A DNA stretch of 64,000 bases from Octopus sinensis (GCF_006345805.1 NC_043008.1:36084001-36148000); one strand, 5' to 3'; positions 46,110 through 60,230 are shown, counted from the stretch's first letter. Translations and numbers: made by a program. The notes: generated by a model from the sequence alone, not told the origin.

Positions 46110-46335
46110 CCATTTCTTTACTACCCATAAGGAGCTAAACACAGGGAGGACAAACAAGGACAGATAAACGGAGTAAGTCGATTATATTGATCCCAGTGCG
46201 TAACTGGTACTTAATTTATCGACCCCGAAAGGATGAAAGGCAAAGTCGATCTCGGCGGAATTTGAACTCAGAACATAGCGGCAGACGAAACACGGCTACA
46301 TATTTCGCCCAGCGTGCTAATGATTCTGCCAGTGA
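46110..46335 (-). mobile_element. SINE family A
   Basis: Near full-length family match. Confidence 0.88.
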
Positions 46336-49300
46336 ACCATCATATTAATATAGCAACTTCAAGTGCTATACATGCATACATGTGCAAGTATACATAACCA
46401 TACATATATCTGAATATTGTCAATAAATGACGAAGGCTGAAAAAGCAGTAGTTATGGTGTGCAGGTTGTTTACTTGTACACCATACTTGAGGGAATAGGA
46501 AAGTATATAGGAGAATGAATTTCACATCTGAGAAAAAAGAATAGGTTTAAAATATTTTAGAGTTCTACATACTATATGTGTGCAAGACGAGACTAATTCA
46601 GATTGCCTGGTGAGTAATGGGAGTTTGTAGAAAAGGATTCCAAGTGATTCAGAAATATAGAGCTGAGAAAACTGGTAAGTTTTGTCTCCAGAAAATCTTT
46701 GTGTGGTAAGCAATGAGCAAGGAAAATGATTCCATAATAATATTTAAATGACAAACATAATACTTCAGATTGAGGAATGAACGTATAATGGCTGCAAGAG
46801 TTGAATATTAAATTACTTATTACCTAAAGCAAATTTGTAGGAAAAAATCATACCCAGCACTAAAACTTTATATATCTGTCTAATTGAATATATTGTACAA
46901 AAATGAAGTTAAAATTAATTATGAACGAATTAGTCGAGTACCTACTATATGTTTTTGGCTTGGGATTATATCTACTGCTTAGCTATGTTGTTATAGTTGT
47001 TGTTGTTTGTTTAACCTCAGCTTAGATCTCTTCAAGCTGACCAATTAAAGAAGGCATTCCAACCATGACTATCCTATCATTTTACAGATATAATTTAATC
47101 AAAGGCTATATTATCCAATATGTCCTTAAATATTTTTAAGATGGCAGAATTAAATTTGAAGAGTTAGCTGCCATTTTGGCAGGTTGAGTAACAATGTACA
47201 AACTACCTTATTGATTTGCTGCTTTGTGTTCTTGTAGTCAGGCCTCAAGCTCTGAAAACCATTTGTAATATAGTCAGAAGATAGAGATGACAAATATTAC
47301 AGTAATTAATTATATATTCTACTACAGAACATGGTGGAAGGTATTTGATTTAATCTCTTCTGTGTGTGTCAACATACTTTGTCTTTTAAAAGAAGTTTGT
47401 TTTAGTTACAAGCCAAACGTAGGGAGAATACATAATCAAGAAGAAGACTATTGGGATTTCAAGTTTCTGTTCATAAACTCTTGTTGAGTTTGGTTTTAAC
47501 TCAAGACAATCTTCACAGAAATATTCTGTTTAACTACACATAATCGATTATGTCATAGACTGTTTGTGAAAAATATAATGAATAAAATTTTACTTTAACA
47601 CTGTACGCAGTGCAATCATTACTTGGCTTTGCCCATTGGCACAGAATACTCAGACGTTCTCAGAAGTTCTTTGAAGGAGAAAGCTATGGAATCTTGAGAA
47701 ATCATGGTAGGATAAAGTAAGTCTGAAAAGTCAAAAGTCTACTTTGATTCTACGATCTCATGAGGCCAATCAGCTTGTAATCCAATTTACTGGATTACAC
47801 GACTCCTTCTTCTGAACAGGACACCAGTCTGTTGCAGGTTTGACCTTCAGGTACCACTGCTACTCGTTTTTTAACTAAGTGTGCTTGAGTAACATGGAAA
47901 GAAGTCAATTGCTGAAGAATGCAGTGTACCACCCAGTCCAAGAACCAGACACTTGATTAAATAATCATGAAGCCTATACTCTGATGACCAGGACATGTAA
48001 CTTCATACAACAGGTGCAGGGTGCAGGTATGGCTGTGTGGTTAAGAAGTTCACTTCCCAACCACATAGTTTTGGGTTCAGTTCCATTGTATGGCACTTTT
48101 GGCAGGTGTTATCTGCTTTAACCATAAGTCAGCCAAACCCTTGTGAGTGGATTTGGTAGATGGAAACTTAAAAAAAAGCTTGTGTATTATATAGGGTGTT
48201 TGGACTAAATTTGACGATCCCTGATGTCTCCTTTTTATCAGGAACAGCTTGATGTCTTAGTGAACTGTCATTAGTGTTGGAAGGAATAAAGATTAAAGTT
48301 GTAGTTGAGAAAATGTTGGGTGACAAGGAGGGCTGGAAGCCATCTGAATATTGGGAAAGGGTTACCTGTATCATGATGACTTGCACCAGGAATCAAAATC
48401 CTGACATCATGACTGATGCCCTATGTCCTGTGAACACTGTAAAGACATGACATGGATATCTGCAACAAATTTTTAATTTTAGACAGGATATTGTATATTT
48501 TACCTTTTATGCAAACTATCAAATTTAGCTTGAACATCCTGTACATGTGTGTAAGTGTGTGTGTGCATGTGTACATGCATGTATGAATGTATGTTTGAGT
48601 CTTCTTGTCTTGACATAATGTGCCAGCTGTTAGCAAGTGTCACCATCATACAAACAGTGTCATTCATCTCCAGCCTTCTTTGTAAAAATTTTCTGCCATG
48701 GGCTAATATTATCTTACTTCAAAAACAGGTGAGGGTTTGTGACAGGAAGGGCATTCAGTTGTAAAACAAGCTGCTGCAAGGAATTCCATCTGATTCAAGC
48801 AAGTATGGAAAAGGTGAGCATTATAATTATTATTATGATGATGATGTTGAGGAGTGATTAATGCCATTATCCCATCTTATATCTAAGTACATGAGATTAA
48901 CTCTGCACATGTTTTTTGTTTCACTGAATGCCATTTACAATCGTGTAACTTTGGCATATCCACCATAGTGTTAATGAACGAATCACTACATACATTGACA
49001 TAAATGTATATTTGTTGGCATAGAAAAAAAGAATCATTGGGAATTTAAATAACTCCAAGAAACTCCATGCATTATAAATGTTACTTACTTGGATAAAATC
49101 ATATATTATGCAACAAGCATTAAGAAGCTACAAATATGCAGTGAGAGATTGCAAAATGTTTTTCTTATTCATGGACACATTTTCTTATTCATAGCAATTG
49201 CTAATCATTTTAAACCCTAAAAATGGAAAAACTTTTGCATTTCTTTAAGGTAAATTTCGAATTCATTTACATTCTATATACTGAGCTGGTTAAAACAGTT

Positions 49301-49508
49301 GATATGCTTACACTTGTAAATCCTTCTCCGTTTTCCAGTAGTAAAAATTCAAAATTGAGCAGAAATTCAAATTAAAAACAAAACCATATTTTTATTCTTT
49401 AAGGTTCAGCTGCTTCAGTTAAAAAAAACAGAAGCACCTGAAAGGAACTTTTCAGCACTGTTGGGTGGAATCTGGTCCAGGGAAAATCCCAAAATTCAAA
49501 TTTAAAGG

Positions 49509-49578
<70 letters not shown>

Positions 49579-49839
49579 GCCACCGCTGCCACTGCTGCTG
49601 CTGTTGCCACCACCACCACCACCACCACCACCACCACTAATGGTTTCAGATTGTGGCACAAGGCCAGCAATCTCAGGGAAGTGGGTAAGTTGATTAGATT
49701 GGCTCCAGTTTCTGCTGGTACTTATTTTATCGCCCCGAAAGTATGAAAGGCAAAGTTGATGTCAGTGGAATTTGAACTCAAAACATAAAGATGGATGAAA
49801 TGCTGCAAAGCAATTCTGCCAGCTCATTACCTTATTACG

Positions 49840-50135
49840 ATGGACTCACCTGTCGAAGAAAATGCATGAATGTTCAGCTTTTGCCAAACGACCTGTACAA
49901 ATAATTTGTGATCATATGTATTATATGTATGTGTCACACATTAGCTCACTCTTGCCATCAGATTGATTTTACCTGAACAGGTCCACAGTGTACCATGTGC
50001 CAGGTGTCGAAGTGATTGAGAAGCAAAGTGAGATGAAGTGCTTTGCTCAAGAACACAATGCACCACCCAGTCCAAGAATTAAAACTACGATCTTGTGGTT
50101 GTGAGTGCTACACCCTAACCACTAGGCCATGCTCT
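49840..50135 (-). mobile_element. tRNA-derived SINE (same family as 3054-3332)
   Basis: Collinear similarity, including the CCCTAACCACTAGGCCATG head. Confidence 0.75.
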
Positions 50136-50189
50136 CTCACATGTAACAACGATGGTGACGACGATGATGATAACAACAACAACAACAAT

Positions 50190-50340
50190 CATATTTATCT
50201 CCTTTGATTTTGCTTATTCTTCTCAGTTCTTCTGGGCATCCAGCTCTGAAGTGTGTTTTACTCTGGCAAATATAACAGTCAGCTTTCCTCCATTGCATCA
50301 CTACACTCCTGCCTTTTGTCATGATGTCTTTCGCTGGGCA
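50190..50340 (-). pseudogene. Retroelement ORF1/gag remnant with CCHC zinc knuckle
   Basis: CYICQSKTHFRAGC fits CX2CX4HX4C. Confidence 0.55.
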
Positions 50341-51134
50341 CGGTTCTGGTTTGACTCACTGGCTTTTCAGTGTTATTAGGATTTGTAAATCCATTTGACA
50401 TCACCTCTCATATGTCCAAACAGTGTAACTCCATCCTAAGTAACAGGCATGGCTGTGTGATCAAGAAGTTTACTTTCCAACTACATGGTTTCAGGTTCAG
50501 TCCCATTGCATGGCACCTTTTGTTATAGCCCTGGGCCGACTAAAGTCTTGGGAGTGGATTTGATAGGTGGAAACCATTATTCGTGCTGTGTTCTTTATTT
50601 CTTATCTTCTGTGTAAACCTGTCTGGTCCAAGGATGAATTTCTTTTACTTGGGAACAGATGAGTTTGATGACAAGTAGAGCATCCAGCCATAGGACATCT
50701 ACCTCAAGAATTCCATTTGACCTGTGCAAGTATGGGAAAGTGAACATTAAAACAATTATGATGATGATGATGAGATGGTGATGGTGATGGTTATGGTGGA
50801 AGTGGTGCTGATGGCAGAGGAGGCGATGGCAATGATAGTGGCAGAGGTGTCATTGGTGACAACAATGATGATGAGAATGAAAATTATGATGTTTTGTAGC
50901 TCTTGGTGTTACTTTCATCTTATGATTTGGCCTTGTATCTAAACTAGAAATCATAATTATCTAATAAATATTTTAGTAACCTTAAGATATTTTATAATAA
51001 TTTCTAGTTACAGTAGACGCCTAACTCCCTGTATCCTTGGTAAATATATTTATCTGGGCTTTTGCTTAGATAAAATACACCTAGTATACTGTGAAGTGTT
51101 TGCTTTTAGAAAGGGCATTCAGCCACTGAAATGT

Positions 51135-51345
51135 TAGCACGCCGGGCGAAATGCTTAGTGGTATTTCGTCTGCCGTTACATTGTGAGTTCAAATTCCACC
51201 AAGGTCAACTTTGCCTTTCATCCTTTCGGGGTCGATTAAATAAATACCAGTTACGCACTGAGTCGATGTAATCGACTTAATCCCTTTGTCTATCCTTGTT
51301 TGTCCCCTCTATGTCTAGCCTTTTGTGGGCAATAAAGAAATAAGA
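51135..51345 (+). mobile_element. SINE family A
   Basis: Family match with the tail GGGCAATAAAGAAATAAG. Confidence 0.88.
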
Positions 51346-51639
51346 GAAAAACATAAATGTCAGATATGATCCTCTGATCTGTCTTGGAGGGCAGCAAGTC
51401 CAAATCCTCAGGGTGAGGATCCATCCAACCCATACTGGCATAGAAAGTGTGGTGAGGATGATGATGATGATGATGATGATAACAACAACAGCAATGATTA
51501 TGATGATGTTGATGGTGATGGCGATGACGATGGTGAGCTGAGAACAAACAGTAAAAATACAAGAAATGAAAGAAGGAAAAACATTAAAAACATAAGCCAG
51601 AAAGATAGATGTAATGTAATCACAATCAAAATAACCAAA

Positions 51640-51648
51640 ACAAATAGC

Positions 51649-51679
<31 letters not shown>

Positions 51680-51967
51680 CACACACACACACACACACAA
51701 GCACAGACACACACATACACACAGACACATACACACACAGGTACACACACAGGCACACACACACAGACACATACACACAGACATACTCACAGACACAGAC
51801 ATACACACAGACACATACACACACAGACACACACACACACAGACAGACACACACAAACATATACACAGACAGACAGACACATACATACATACATACACAC
51901 ATGTGCACACACATACACACGCACTCACATGCACACACAAACGCACAGACACACACACAGACACACA

Positions 51968-52004
<37 letters not shown>

Positions 52005-52123
52005 ACACAGAAACATACACACAGACATACTCACACACACACACAGACACACATACACACACAGACACACAGACACTCATACACACACACACAAACACAT
52101 GCACGTGCACACACAGACACACA

Positions 52124-52155
<32 letters not shown>
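51640..52155. repeat. Compound (CA)n microsatellite
   Basis: Direct inspection. Confidence 0.95.
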
Positions 52156-52156
<1 letters not shown>

Positions 52157-52674
52157 TTCAAATCAGAGCTGCATACCTATAGAATATCAACAGACATAAG
52201 CTGGAAACAGAACGACGAGACAAATGAAAATATGAAATGTAAATGAATAACGAAAGATGTGAGGAAAGAAAGCTGTAGCACAGGAACTTGAAAATCTAAC
52301 AATAATCTGAAGTTAGAAATAGTTACAGAAATAAAAATCAATTGAAAATCTTTGGATAAGATCAATGAAACACCATCCCAAAGATAAAACTTCAAGATAG
52401 AACACTAATAGCAATAAATAAATAGAAGATAAAAACATAAACACAGAATAGGACATCACAGACATGCTGGAAACAGATGTGAGAACATCAATAATGCCAG
52501 GAGAAAGCAATCAATCTATGGAGCTGCCATGAAGTCACATAGAAAAGTAGGTGCTTCCTTGAAACTTCTCATATAAAGCTGTTTAAATCCGACCAAAACA
52601 ATGCGGTTAGTAACCAAAGAGGGAAGGAGAGAGGGGAAAAAATAAAGTAAAATATAATGAAAAATAAAAGCAGC

Positions 52675-52838
52675 ACAGGCATGGTTGTGTGGTAAGAAGT
52701 CTGATTCCAAATCATATGGTTCAGGATTCAGTCCCACTGCATGGCGGCGGCACCATGGGCAAGTATCCTCTTTTACAGCCTTGGGCCAACCAAAGCCTTG
52801 TGAGTGTGGATTTGGTAGATGGGAACTGAAGAAGCCTG

Positions 52839-52889
<51 letters not shown>

Positions 52890-53274
52890 ATATATATTAT
52901 ATATATATATATACACAAATACATATATATTCTGAGACCCCCTTTGGTCATGACACAGACCATGGGATTGCATCTAGAAAGTTATCCTCCCAGGCACAAG
53001 TCCGGGAAAGGTTGTTTATGGAAGACCAGCAGTCGCTCATGCATACCGGCCTCCCCTCTCCACGCCACCAGTGTTATCCAAAGGAAACGCAAATGCCGAT
53101 ACAGCTTGGCACCAGTGACGTCGCAACTCATTTCTACAGCTGAGTGAACTGGAGCAATGTGAAATAAAGTGTCTTGCTCAAGAACACAACACACAGCCCA
53201 GTATGGGATTTGAGCTCACAACCTCACGATCATAAGCTCAACGCTCCAACCACTGAGCCATGCACCTTCACACA

Positions 53275-53320
<46 letters not shown>

Positions 53321-53600
53321 GTATATATATTTATATATGCATATCTATTTATATATATATATCTATGTGTGTGCCTTTGTTTCTGTGTTTGTTCTCAACC
53401 ACTGCTTGACAACCGGTGTTGGTGTGTTTATGTCCCTGTAATTTAGTAGTTCAGCATAAGTAACCAATAGAATAAATACCAGACTTGAAAAAAAAAACAA
53501 AGTACTAGGATTGATTCATTTGACTAACATTCTTCAAGTTGCTGCTACAGCATGGCCATAGTCTAATGACTTGAAACAAGTCATAGAGAAAAGATAAGAA
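52675..53600 (+). mobile_element. SINE family B split by a nested SINE family D
   Basis: Head 52675-52840, body 53370-53600, insertion in the internal microsatellite. Confidence 0.85.
52932..53272 (-). mobile_element. SINE family D, full length
   Basis: Head TGGCTCAGTGGTTGGAGCG..GTGAGCTCAAATCCC; body matches 24560-24848. Confidence 0.88.
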
Positions 53601-54625
53601 AATCCTTAATGAGATCTACAATTGATTGATAAAATCATTTCAGTGTTGGTAATTAGTTGAGGCCTTTCACTTGTTGGTTCAAATCTTGATAAGTTTAGCT
53701 ATGCTTATGATCCTTCTGAGGTTGATGAAAAGAAGGACCAGTCACAGAGAGGGAGTTATTAAATTTATATATATAAAACACAAGATGTATGTCTTTCTGT
53801 GTGTTTGTGATGTCATTAAAACCTGAGATCCATCCAACCAATTTTAATGAAATTTTATAGGGTCCATGGAATGTCATGGGCCAAAAATTTTCAACTTCTT
53901 GCCTAATGCAAGCCCAGTGGCAGATAAAGTGCATTTTAAAGGCATTTTTGCAGCATTATGGCCCTTAACTTGAAGAGTATCCAGTTGCTCTCCTCCAAAT
54001 TTGCAACAGACATTAATCAGGCTCCTTGAATTGCTGATGGCTAAAAAAAAATTCTGGTTCCGACTATGGCCTCCACCCAAATGCAGATTAATCAGATTTG
54101 AGTATACTGCACTGGGTTTTATCTTTGTTTTAGGCCATTTTCTGACGATAAAATATTGACTCTACTCATGAATTATAAGCAGTGTATAGTATTTCATGAA
54201 AACCTTTTTGCCCAATTTGGCAGAGGAAATGAGAAGATCATTAAAATTTTTGTTGGCACTCTGTTGATGTTTCATGTTACCATCCTACGCACCACTGGTC
54301 CATGTGCATGTGTGCAGTTGGGTAAAGGCACAACAAACCCATTCATATCCATTCTCCAGAATGGATGAATGGGTTTGAAGTTTCATGTTTCCAATCCTGT
54401 TGATGTTTCACATTTCCAATTCTGCGCAATGCAGCATGGCCCAGCAGGATGTCTGCTTTCTATGTCATCCATGTCTGAACTATATAATGCAAAATGTTCA
54501 TACAAAAAAACCCAAAAAAACTGCCATTCGAATTTGACCACATGACCACTTCCAGAAGCTATGCTTTCCACTTGCAATTGGTCCCCTGCTGTGTTTCCTC
54601 CCCCATTTAGATGGACGAGTAAATA

Positions 54626-55207
54626 TAGAGTGTCTCAGAATTAATGATGATTTGAGTGAAATCAGCTACATTTTTTAAAAAGCTCACTTTTATTTATGCT
54701 TATCATGTTTAATATGTGTTAAAAGTGTATAATTTTTGAATTTTGTTTATAATTTTATTTTCATTCCTGTTGGACCCCTCTTATTTGTCCATGACAGCTT
54801 TTTTTCAATTTGGCAGCAATCATTTTCTTTACCTTTATCCCCAAGATGGTGCAATCATTTAGTTGAGCTTAAAGAACACATTCAGTTAGCAGTACAGGAG
54901 CTAACTCCTGATATGCTTTAAAATGTGTTTCACAATGTTACGGAGAGGTTTGAAGTATGTAGGGACATAGACATACTCTCTCTTTTTACTCTTTTACTCT
55001 TTTACTTGTTTCAGTCATTTGACTGCGGCCATGCTGGAGCACTGCCTTTAGTCGATCAAATCGACCCCGGGACTTATTCTTTATAAGCCCAGTACTTATT
55101 CTATCGGTCTCTTTTGCCGAACCGCTAAGTGACGGGGACGTAAACACACCAGCATCGGTTGTCAAGCAATGCTAGGGGGACAAACACAGACACACAAACA
55201 CACACAT

Positions 55208-55260
<53 letters not shown>

Positions 55261-55458
55261 TACAACAGGCTTCTTTCAGTTTCCGTCTACCAAATCCACT
55301 CACAAGGCATTGGTCAGCCTGGGGCTATAGCAGAAGACACTTGGTGAAAATTTTCAATAAGATTTATAAATCTTGGTAATAATCATAAAATTTTGTCAGT
55401 TTTTTAAAAATATTTTCTCAGTTTCATTGAAACAGATAGTTAATTCTGAAACACCCTG
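54626..55458 (+). mobile_element. Tc1/mariner-superfamily deletion derivative with nested SINE B (54975-55345, minus)
   Basis: TA-flanked TIRs TAGAGTGTCTCAGAATTAA / TTAATTCTGAAACACCCTG (16 of 19 match); C-terminal residues LVELKEHIQLAVQELTPDML*NV. Confidence 0.75.
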
Positions 55459-56009
55459 TATGGTATAGCATTGATAGTTGAAGCATTGATGTCTTGCAAA
55501 AAGCAGCACATCTTAAGGAAAGTTTTATCTGTCTGAGGTCCTTGCTGTGATCTGGCAGATGACTAAAGACTCCTGTGCATTTTTACCTACACTGTGTTAT
55601 GAAGGAATAATAATAATGATGATTTCTTTTATTGACCACTAGAGCCCAAGGCATGGAGGACAATATCGAAGGATGAGTTACAGCACAAAAAGATTACAAA
55701 AACAAAAATGTGGGGTTAACATCAATCAAGGAGAGACACTACCACATTAAAGGATATAACAGAGGACATATAGTAGAAAGTAGAGAAATAAATAATAATG
55801 AATAAATAGGCAGAATCCCCAATAATGGTGTAGAATAATCCTTTCTTCTATAGGCACAAAGCCTGGATTTTGTAGGGAGGGGGATAGTCGATCACATCGA
55901 CCCCAGTACTCAGCTGGTACTTAATTTATTGACTCTGGAAGGATGAAAAGCAAAGTCGTCCTTGGCAGAATTTGAACTCCAAATGTCTCGACACACAAAT
56001 TTTGCTAAG

Positions 56010-56260
56010 CATTTTGCCTAGCAGTTGAGAATAGTGAGCAAAGATATAGACAAATGGTTGAAGGAGCGAAATAGAAATCTGGTAGAGCTTCTACAGAAAG
56101 TTTGTTTCTTTGGGACAGCAAGGATTATCAGGAGGGTTCTAAGCACTTGAAAGACAGTTGAAAGCTTGTGGGTACCTAAGATTACAGGTAGTAACCTGCT
56201 ACCCTCATAAATCCAACCAGGAATAAGACCAAACCTGAGCCAAACCAAAATAATAATAAT
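56010..56260 (+). mobile_element. R4/Dong-like LINE 3' end
   Basis: ELLQKVCFFGTARIIRRVLST*, short UTR, (AAT)n tail. Confidence 0.7.
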
Positions 56261-56564
56261 GAGGAAAAGAAGAAAAATGGTAGGTGGAGACCTATTCGGT
56301 ACAATTGGTTAATTTCACTGTTTGAAAAAGTGAAATGAAGCTATAAGTGAAGTGAGGATGTCAGGATGATGAATGAAATAAGAAAGGGTTAGAAACAAAA
56401 GAGGAACAAAAATAACAAAACAAAAAGAGACAATAAATAAATGAAAACTGAAAAGAAGAACCATTATGTGGGAAGCGTGTGAAGTAAATAGATGACATAA
56501 TAGGAAGAGAACAATGGGATTAAGTGAAAGATGGAAGACTAAAATAAGAAACAGAGACGTGGAT

Positions 56565-56845
56565 CATGGCAGCACAAGAACAGACAATTAGCACAATAAT
56601 TAGTAAATAGGCAGTGGTCAGTTTGATTGTAATTGTAAAAAGTGTTAAGGCTTTGGATATAAATGAAATGTTGTCAAGCAAGTGGTAATGTATATCTTGA
56701 GTCATATCGGCAAGACTGTATGGAATTTAAGAGGGAATGTAAAAGTGATACCAGTGGTGATTGGAGTGTTGGGCTCAATCCCACTGAGACTTCAAGACTT
56801 CTTAAGGCAACTGGAAATCCCATGCAAGATTGATGTCTTTTGTAT
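56565..56845 (+). mobile_element. R4/Dong-like LINE C-terminal remnant
   Basis: AAQEQTIST; VWNLRGNVKVIPVVIGVLGSIP. Confidence 0.7.
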
Positions 56846-56863
56846 ATTATTTGTTGTATATTA

Positions 56864-57429
56864 TTGGGTTGTCCGGAAAGTTCATGCCAATTTATAGTAG
56901 CTTACCTTTCAGCTAATTTTAGAACATGGTTGAGTTCATAAAATAGGATTTTATTACACCTCCATTTAGAGCAAAGTTTATGCTATCTTTTCATGGAAGA
57001 AGGTTTATGTTCCTATAACCTGTGTTAATTCTGTAACTCTTTAAAATGGAAGATAAGAAAGTTCATTTTTAGCACTTGATGCTTTGGGAACCAGACAAAA
57101 ATTGTTGCAGCTTGGCTGGGATGTGTTACTCCACCCTCCATATTAACCCCGATATTGCTCCTTCAGATTTCCACTTATTCAGGTCTCTGCAGAATAGTCT
57201 TAATGATAAAAATTTCAATTCCTTGGATGACATAAAAAGATGCCTTGATGAATTCTTTGCCATGAAACCACCTCAATTTTGGGAAGAGGGTATTTTCAAA
57301 TTAAAGGAAAGGTAGAGACGCATTGTGCAACAAAATGGTTCATATTTGGTTGGTTAAAAATGTAATGGCAAGTATTTATTGACCTTTTCTTTCCTTTAAA
57401 AATTGGCATGAACTTTCCGGACAACCCAA
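56864..57429 (+). mobile_element. mariner deletion derivative, 566 bp
   Basis: Perfect 30-bp TIRs TTGGGTTGTCCGGAAAGTTCATGCCAATTT, TA on both sides; MEDKKVHF start joined to LGWDVLLHPPY..PDIAPSDFHLFRSLQN..KPPQFWEEGI. Confidence 0.95.
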
Positions 57430-58449
57430 TACAAACATCACATTGATGTTTGTAATGTATATTATCATCTACAACATTATTCTGTATGTAGCAGTACTTG
57501 AGTGTTATACCTTAAATAACATAAACTATGAAAACTGACAGCATAATCATAATGTGTAAGACAATGAAATAAGCTGGGGTATTATCTATTATGTGTGGCT
57601 GGGTGGTTAATAAATTTGCTTCCCAGTCACATAGTTTCAGGTTCAGAGCTTCTGTGTGGCATCTTGTACCAGTGTCCTCTGCAATAACCATGGGTCAACC
57701 AAAGCCACCTGAGTGGATCTGATCATTATTCTCACTTCTTTTCACCTTCCTTCTCAGTCACATTGTCTTCAGTGAATGAACATACCATGGAGTGATGAGG
57801 ACTTTTCAGTTTTATGGGGAACAGGACAATCCCTCCCTCAGTACACTTTGCAATGTGGTTGGCGTTTGAGTATAAATGATTTGGAGTGGAGGAGATGCCT
57901 TGCATTGTCAAGGACATGACGACCTCTCTTGTGCTAAAATCATGGTAAAAATGAAATGCACTCACTACATTCTGCAAAGTAGTTGGTGACAGGAAGAGCA
58001 TCCAGCTGTAAAAACCAAGCCATGCCTGAAATGTATGAATGAGAAGCAGAACTTACTTGAAGAGAAAATACATAACACAGTAGGATATTTTGTGAAAGAA
58101 AAGTACTCACAGAAATGCAGTTATCTAGGTAATTCTACAGACATCCTCCTCCTCCTCCTCCTCCTCCTCCTCCTCCTCCTCCTTCTTCTTCTTCTTCTTC
58201 TTCTTCTTCTTCTTCTTCTTCTTCTTCTTCTTCTTCTTCTTCTTCTTCTTCTTCTTCTTCTTCTTCTTCTTCTTCTTCTTCATCATCATCACCATCATCA
58301 TTTAATGTCTATTTTCCTTGCTGGGTTGGACAGTTTGACAGAATCTGGATTGTGTTGAGCTCCAATGGCAACTTTGGCATGGTTTCTATAGTTGGATGCC
58401 CTTCCTAATGCCAAAACTGGGGAAAATCCCAATTCGTTGTTGGAGTGAC

Positions 58450-58930
58450 TCTGGAGTCTTGATTTAAAGAGAGAAACAAAGAATTTGTTGACATGTGCTC
58501 AAGATCAAGTTATAAACACTAATTCGGTGAATATGAATATTAATTCCATTGCTTCAGCAAGCAGGTGCCACCTTTAAAATGAGAGTGGAAAATATCAATC
58601 ATATTGTAGCCAATGACTATAAGTGATATCATGATTAAGGTTTGTCTCATTTGATGTTGGTTGCTTTGTGAAAAATATTGATACACTACTTCAGACAAAT
58701 GCTACAATGATGTATAAGAAAAGACTCCAACTGAAACTGGTAAACCAAATATTCTGTGAGATCTCAACAATCACATAATTTAACATCACTGACTAGATAT
58801 CGTTACATATAACATGAACAGAAAGTTTATGCCAATATGCTGAATTAAGAGTAGAAATATCAAGACTGTAGTGATGCCTGGCAGTAAAAGTAAAAGTTAT
58901 ACAATTTGTCATAGGAGCATTTAAGTCCAA
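58450..58930 (+). mobile_element. Decayed R4/Dong-like LINE C-terminal region
   Basis: LKRETKNLLTCAQDQVINTN, ENINHIVA, LRVEISRL..KVKVIQFVIGAF. Confidence 0.7.
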
Positions 58931-59130
58931 TTTAAGAAAAAAAAAAATTATGATATTGTATTGGGTGGCTGGATATCAATACAGACAAGCAAGTGTTTCA
59001 TGGTCTTAGAAAGGTAATTTCTGACTTAAGATTTTTGTTAGAGTTTGACAGCATGTGTGAAGGTAAAAAAAACAACACAATATCAAGACCCAATATTTTA
59101 TATCTGATATACTAGTGATTCTGCCAACTC

Positions 59131-59190
<60 letters not shown>

Positions 59191-59192
<2 letters not shown>

Positions 59193-59579
59193 TCTTGAAA
59201 TAGAAATCAGCAAAATGTGGAACCTGAAGACTAAAACAATACCTGTTGTCATAGGTGCCCTGGGAATGATAACAAAAGGGGCTGATCGCTACCTAACTCA
59301 GATACCAGGAAACCCCCAAATGGTAGAAATTCAAAAGATAGTGCTCATGGGAACTGCTCATATCCTACGCCAAATACTTTCTATGTAATCTCAAATTTTA
59401 AAACAAACATAATTTTCGTTTTTTTTTTTGACATTCACTAGTACAACACTAAATACAAAACCAAATATATGGCACACTAGGCATAACAACATCACGAACT
59501 TCCAACCTGTTGTCTCTTGAGGTCTCTGGGTGAGACTTGGAGCCAACTTGTACAAATATAAAGCAAAAGTCAAACATAC

Positions 59580-59613
<34 letters not shown>
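59191..59613 (+). mobile_element. R4/Dong-like LINE 3' end flanked by (AAT)n on both sides
   Basis: YLEIEISKMWNLKTKTIPVVIGALGMI..EIQKIVLMGTAHILRQILSM*, 3'UTR, (AAT)n at 59136-59190 and 59580-59613. Confidence 0.85.
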
Positions 59614-59615
<2 letters not shown>

Positions 59616-59634
59616 CCTTTCTCCTATAGGCAGA

Positions 59635-59960
59635 AAGTGTGAAGGTGCGTGGCTTAGAGGTTAGGGTATTTGGCTCACAATTGTAATGTCATAAGTTCAA
59701 TTCCTGGTGACGTGTTGTGTCCTTGAGCAAGTCACTTTATTCCATGTTGCTCCAGTCCAGGTAAAAATGAGTAGTATCTGTATTTCAAAGGGCTGGCCTT
59801 GTCACACTTTGTGTCATGCTGAATCTCCTTGAGAACTACATTAAGGGTACACATGTCTGTGGAGTGCTCAGCCACTTTCACGTTAATTTCATGAGCGAGC
59901 TGTTCCGTTGATTGTATCAGCTGGAACCCTCATTGTCGTAACCAATGGAGTGCTCCTTTT
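59635..59960 (+). mobile_element. tRNA-derived SINE (same family as 3945-4250)
   Basis: TGGCTTAGAGG A box, AAGTTCAATTCC B box, TGTGTCCTTGAGCAAG core. Confidence 0.8.
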
Positions 59961-60166
59961 TATAGGTGGAAAGCCTGAAATTTTGGTGGAGGGGTTAGTT
60001 AATTACATTGGTCTTAGTGTTCAACTGGTACTTATTTCATTGACCCCCAAAAGGTAAAGTCATCCTCAGCAGAATTTGAACTTAGAACATAAAGATGGAT
60101 GAAATACCGCTAAGCATTCTGCCTACCATCCTACTGAGTCTGTCAGCTTACCACCTTAATAATCAA

Positions 60167-60219
<53 letters not shown>

Positions 60220-60230
60220 TAATAATATAG

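Noticed and set aside
46560-46680. Small plus-strand exon candidates (AG..GTGAGT and AG..GTAAGT); similar at 11140 and 47330
   Set aside because: Consensus splice sites occur by chance in AT-rich DNA; no recognisable peptide and no consistent exon chain.
53765-53925. Fourth Helitron-like element
   Set aside because: The start resembles Helitron 5' ends but no CTAG terminus or clear hairpin remains.
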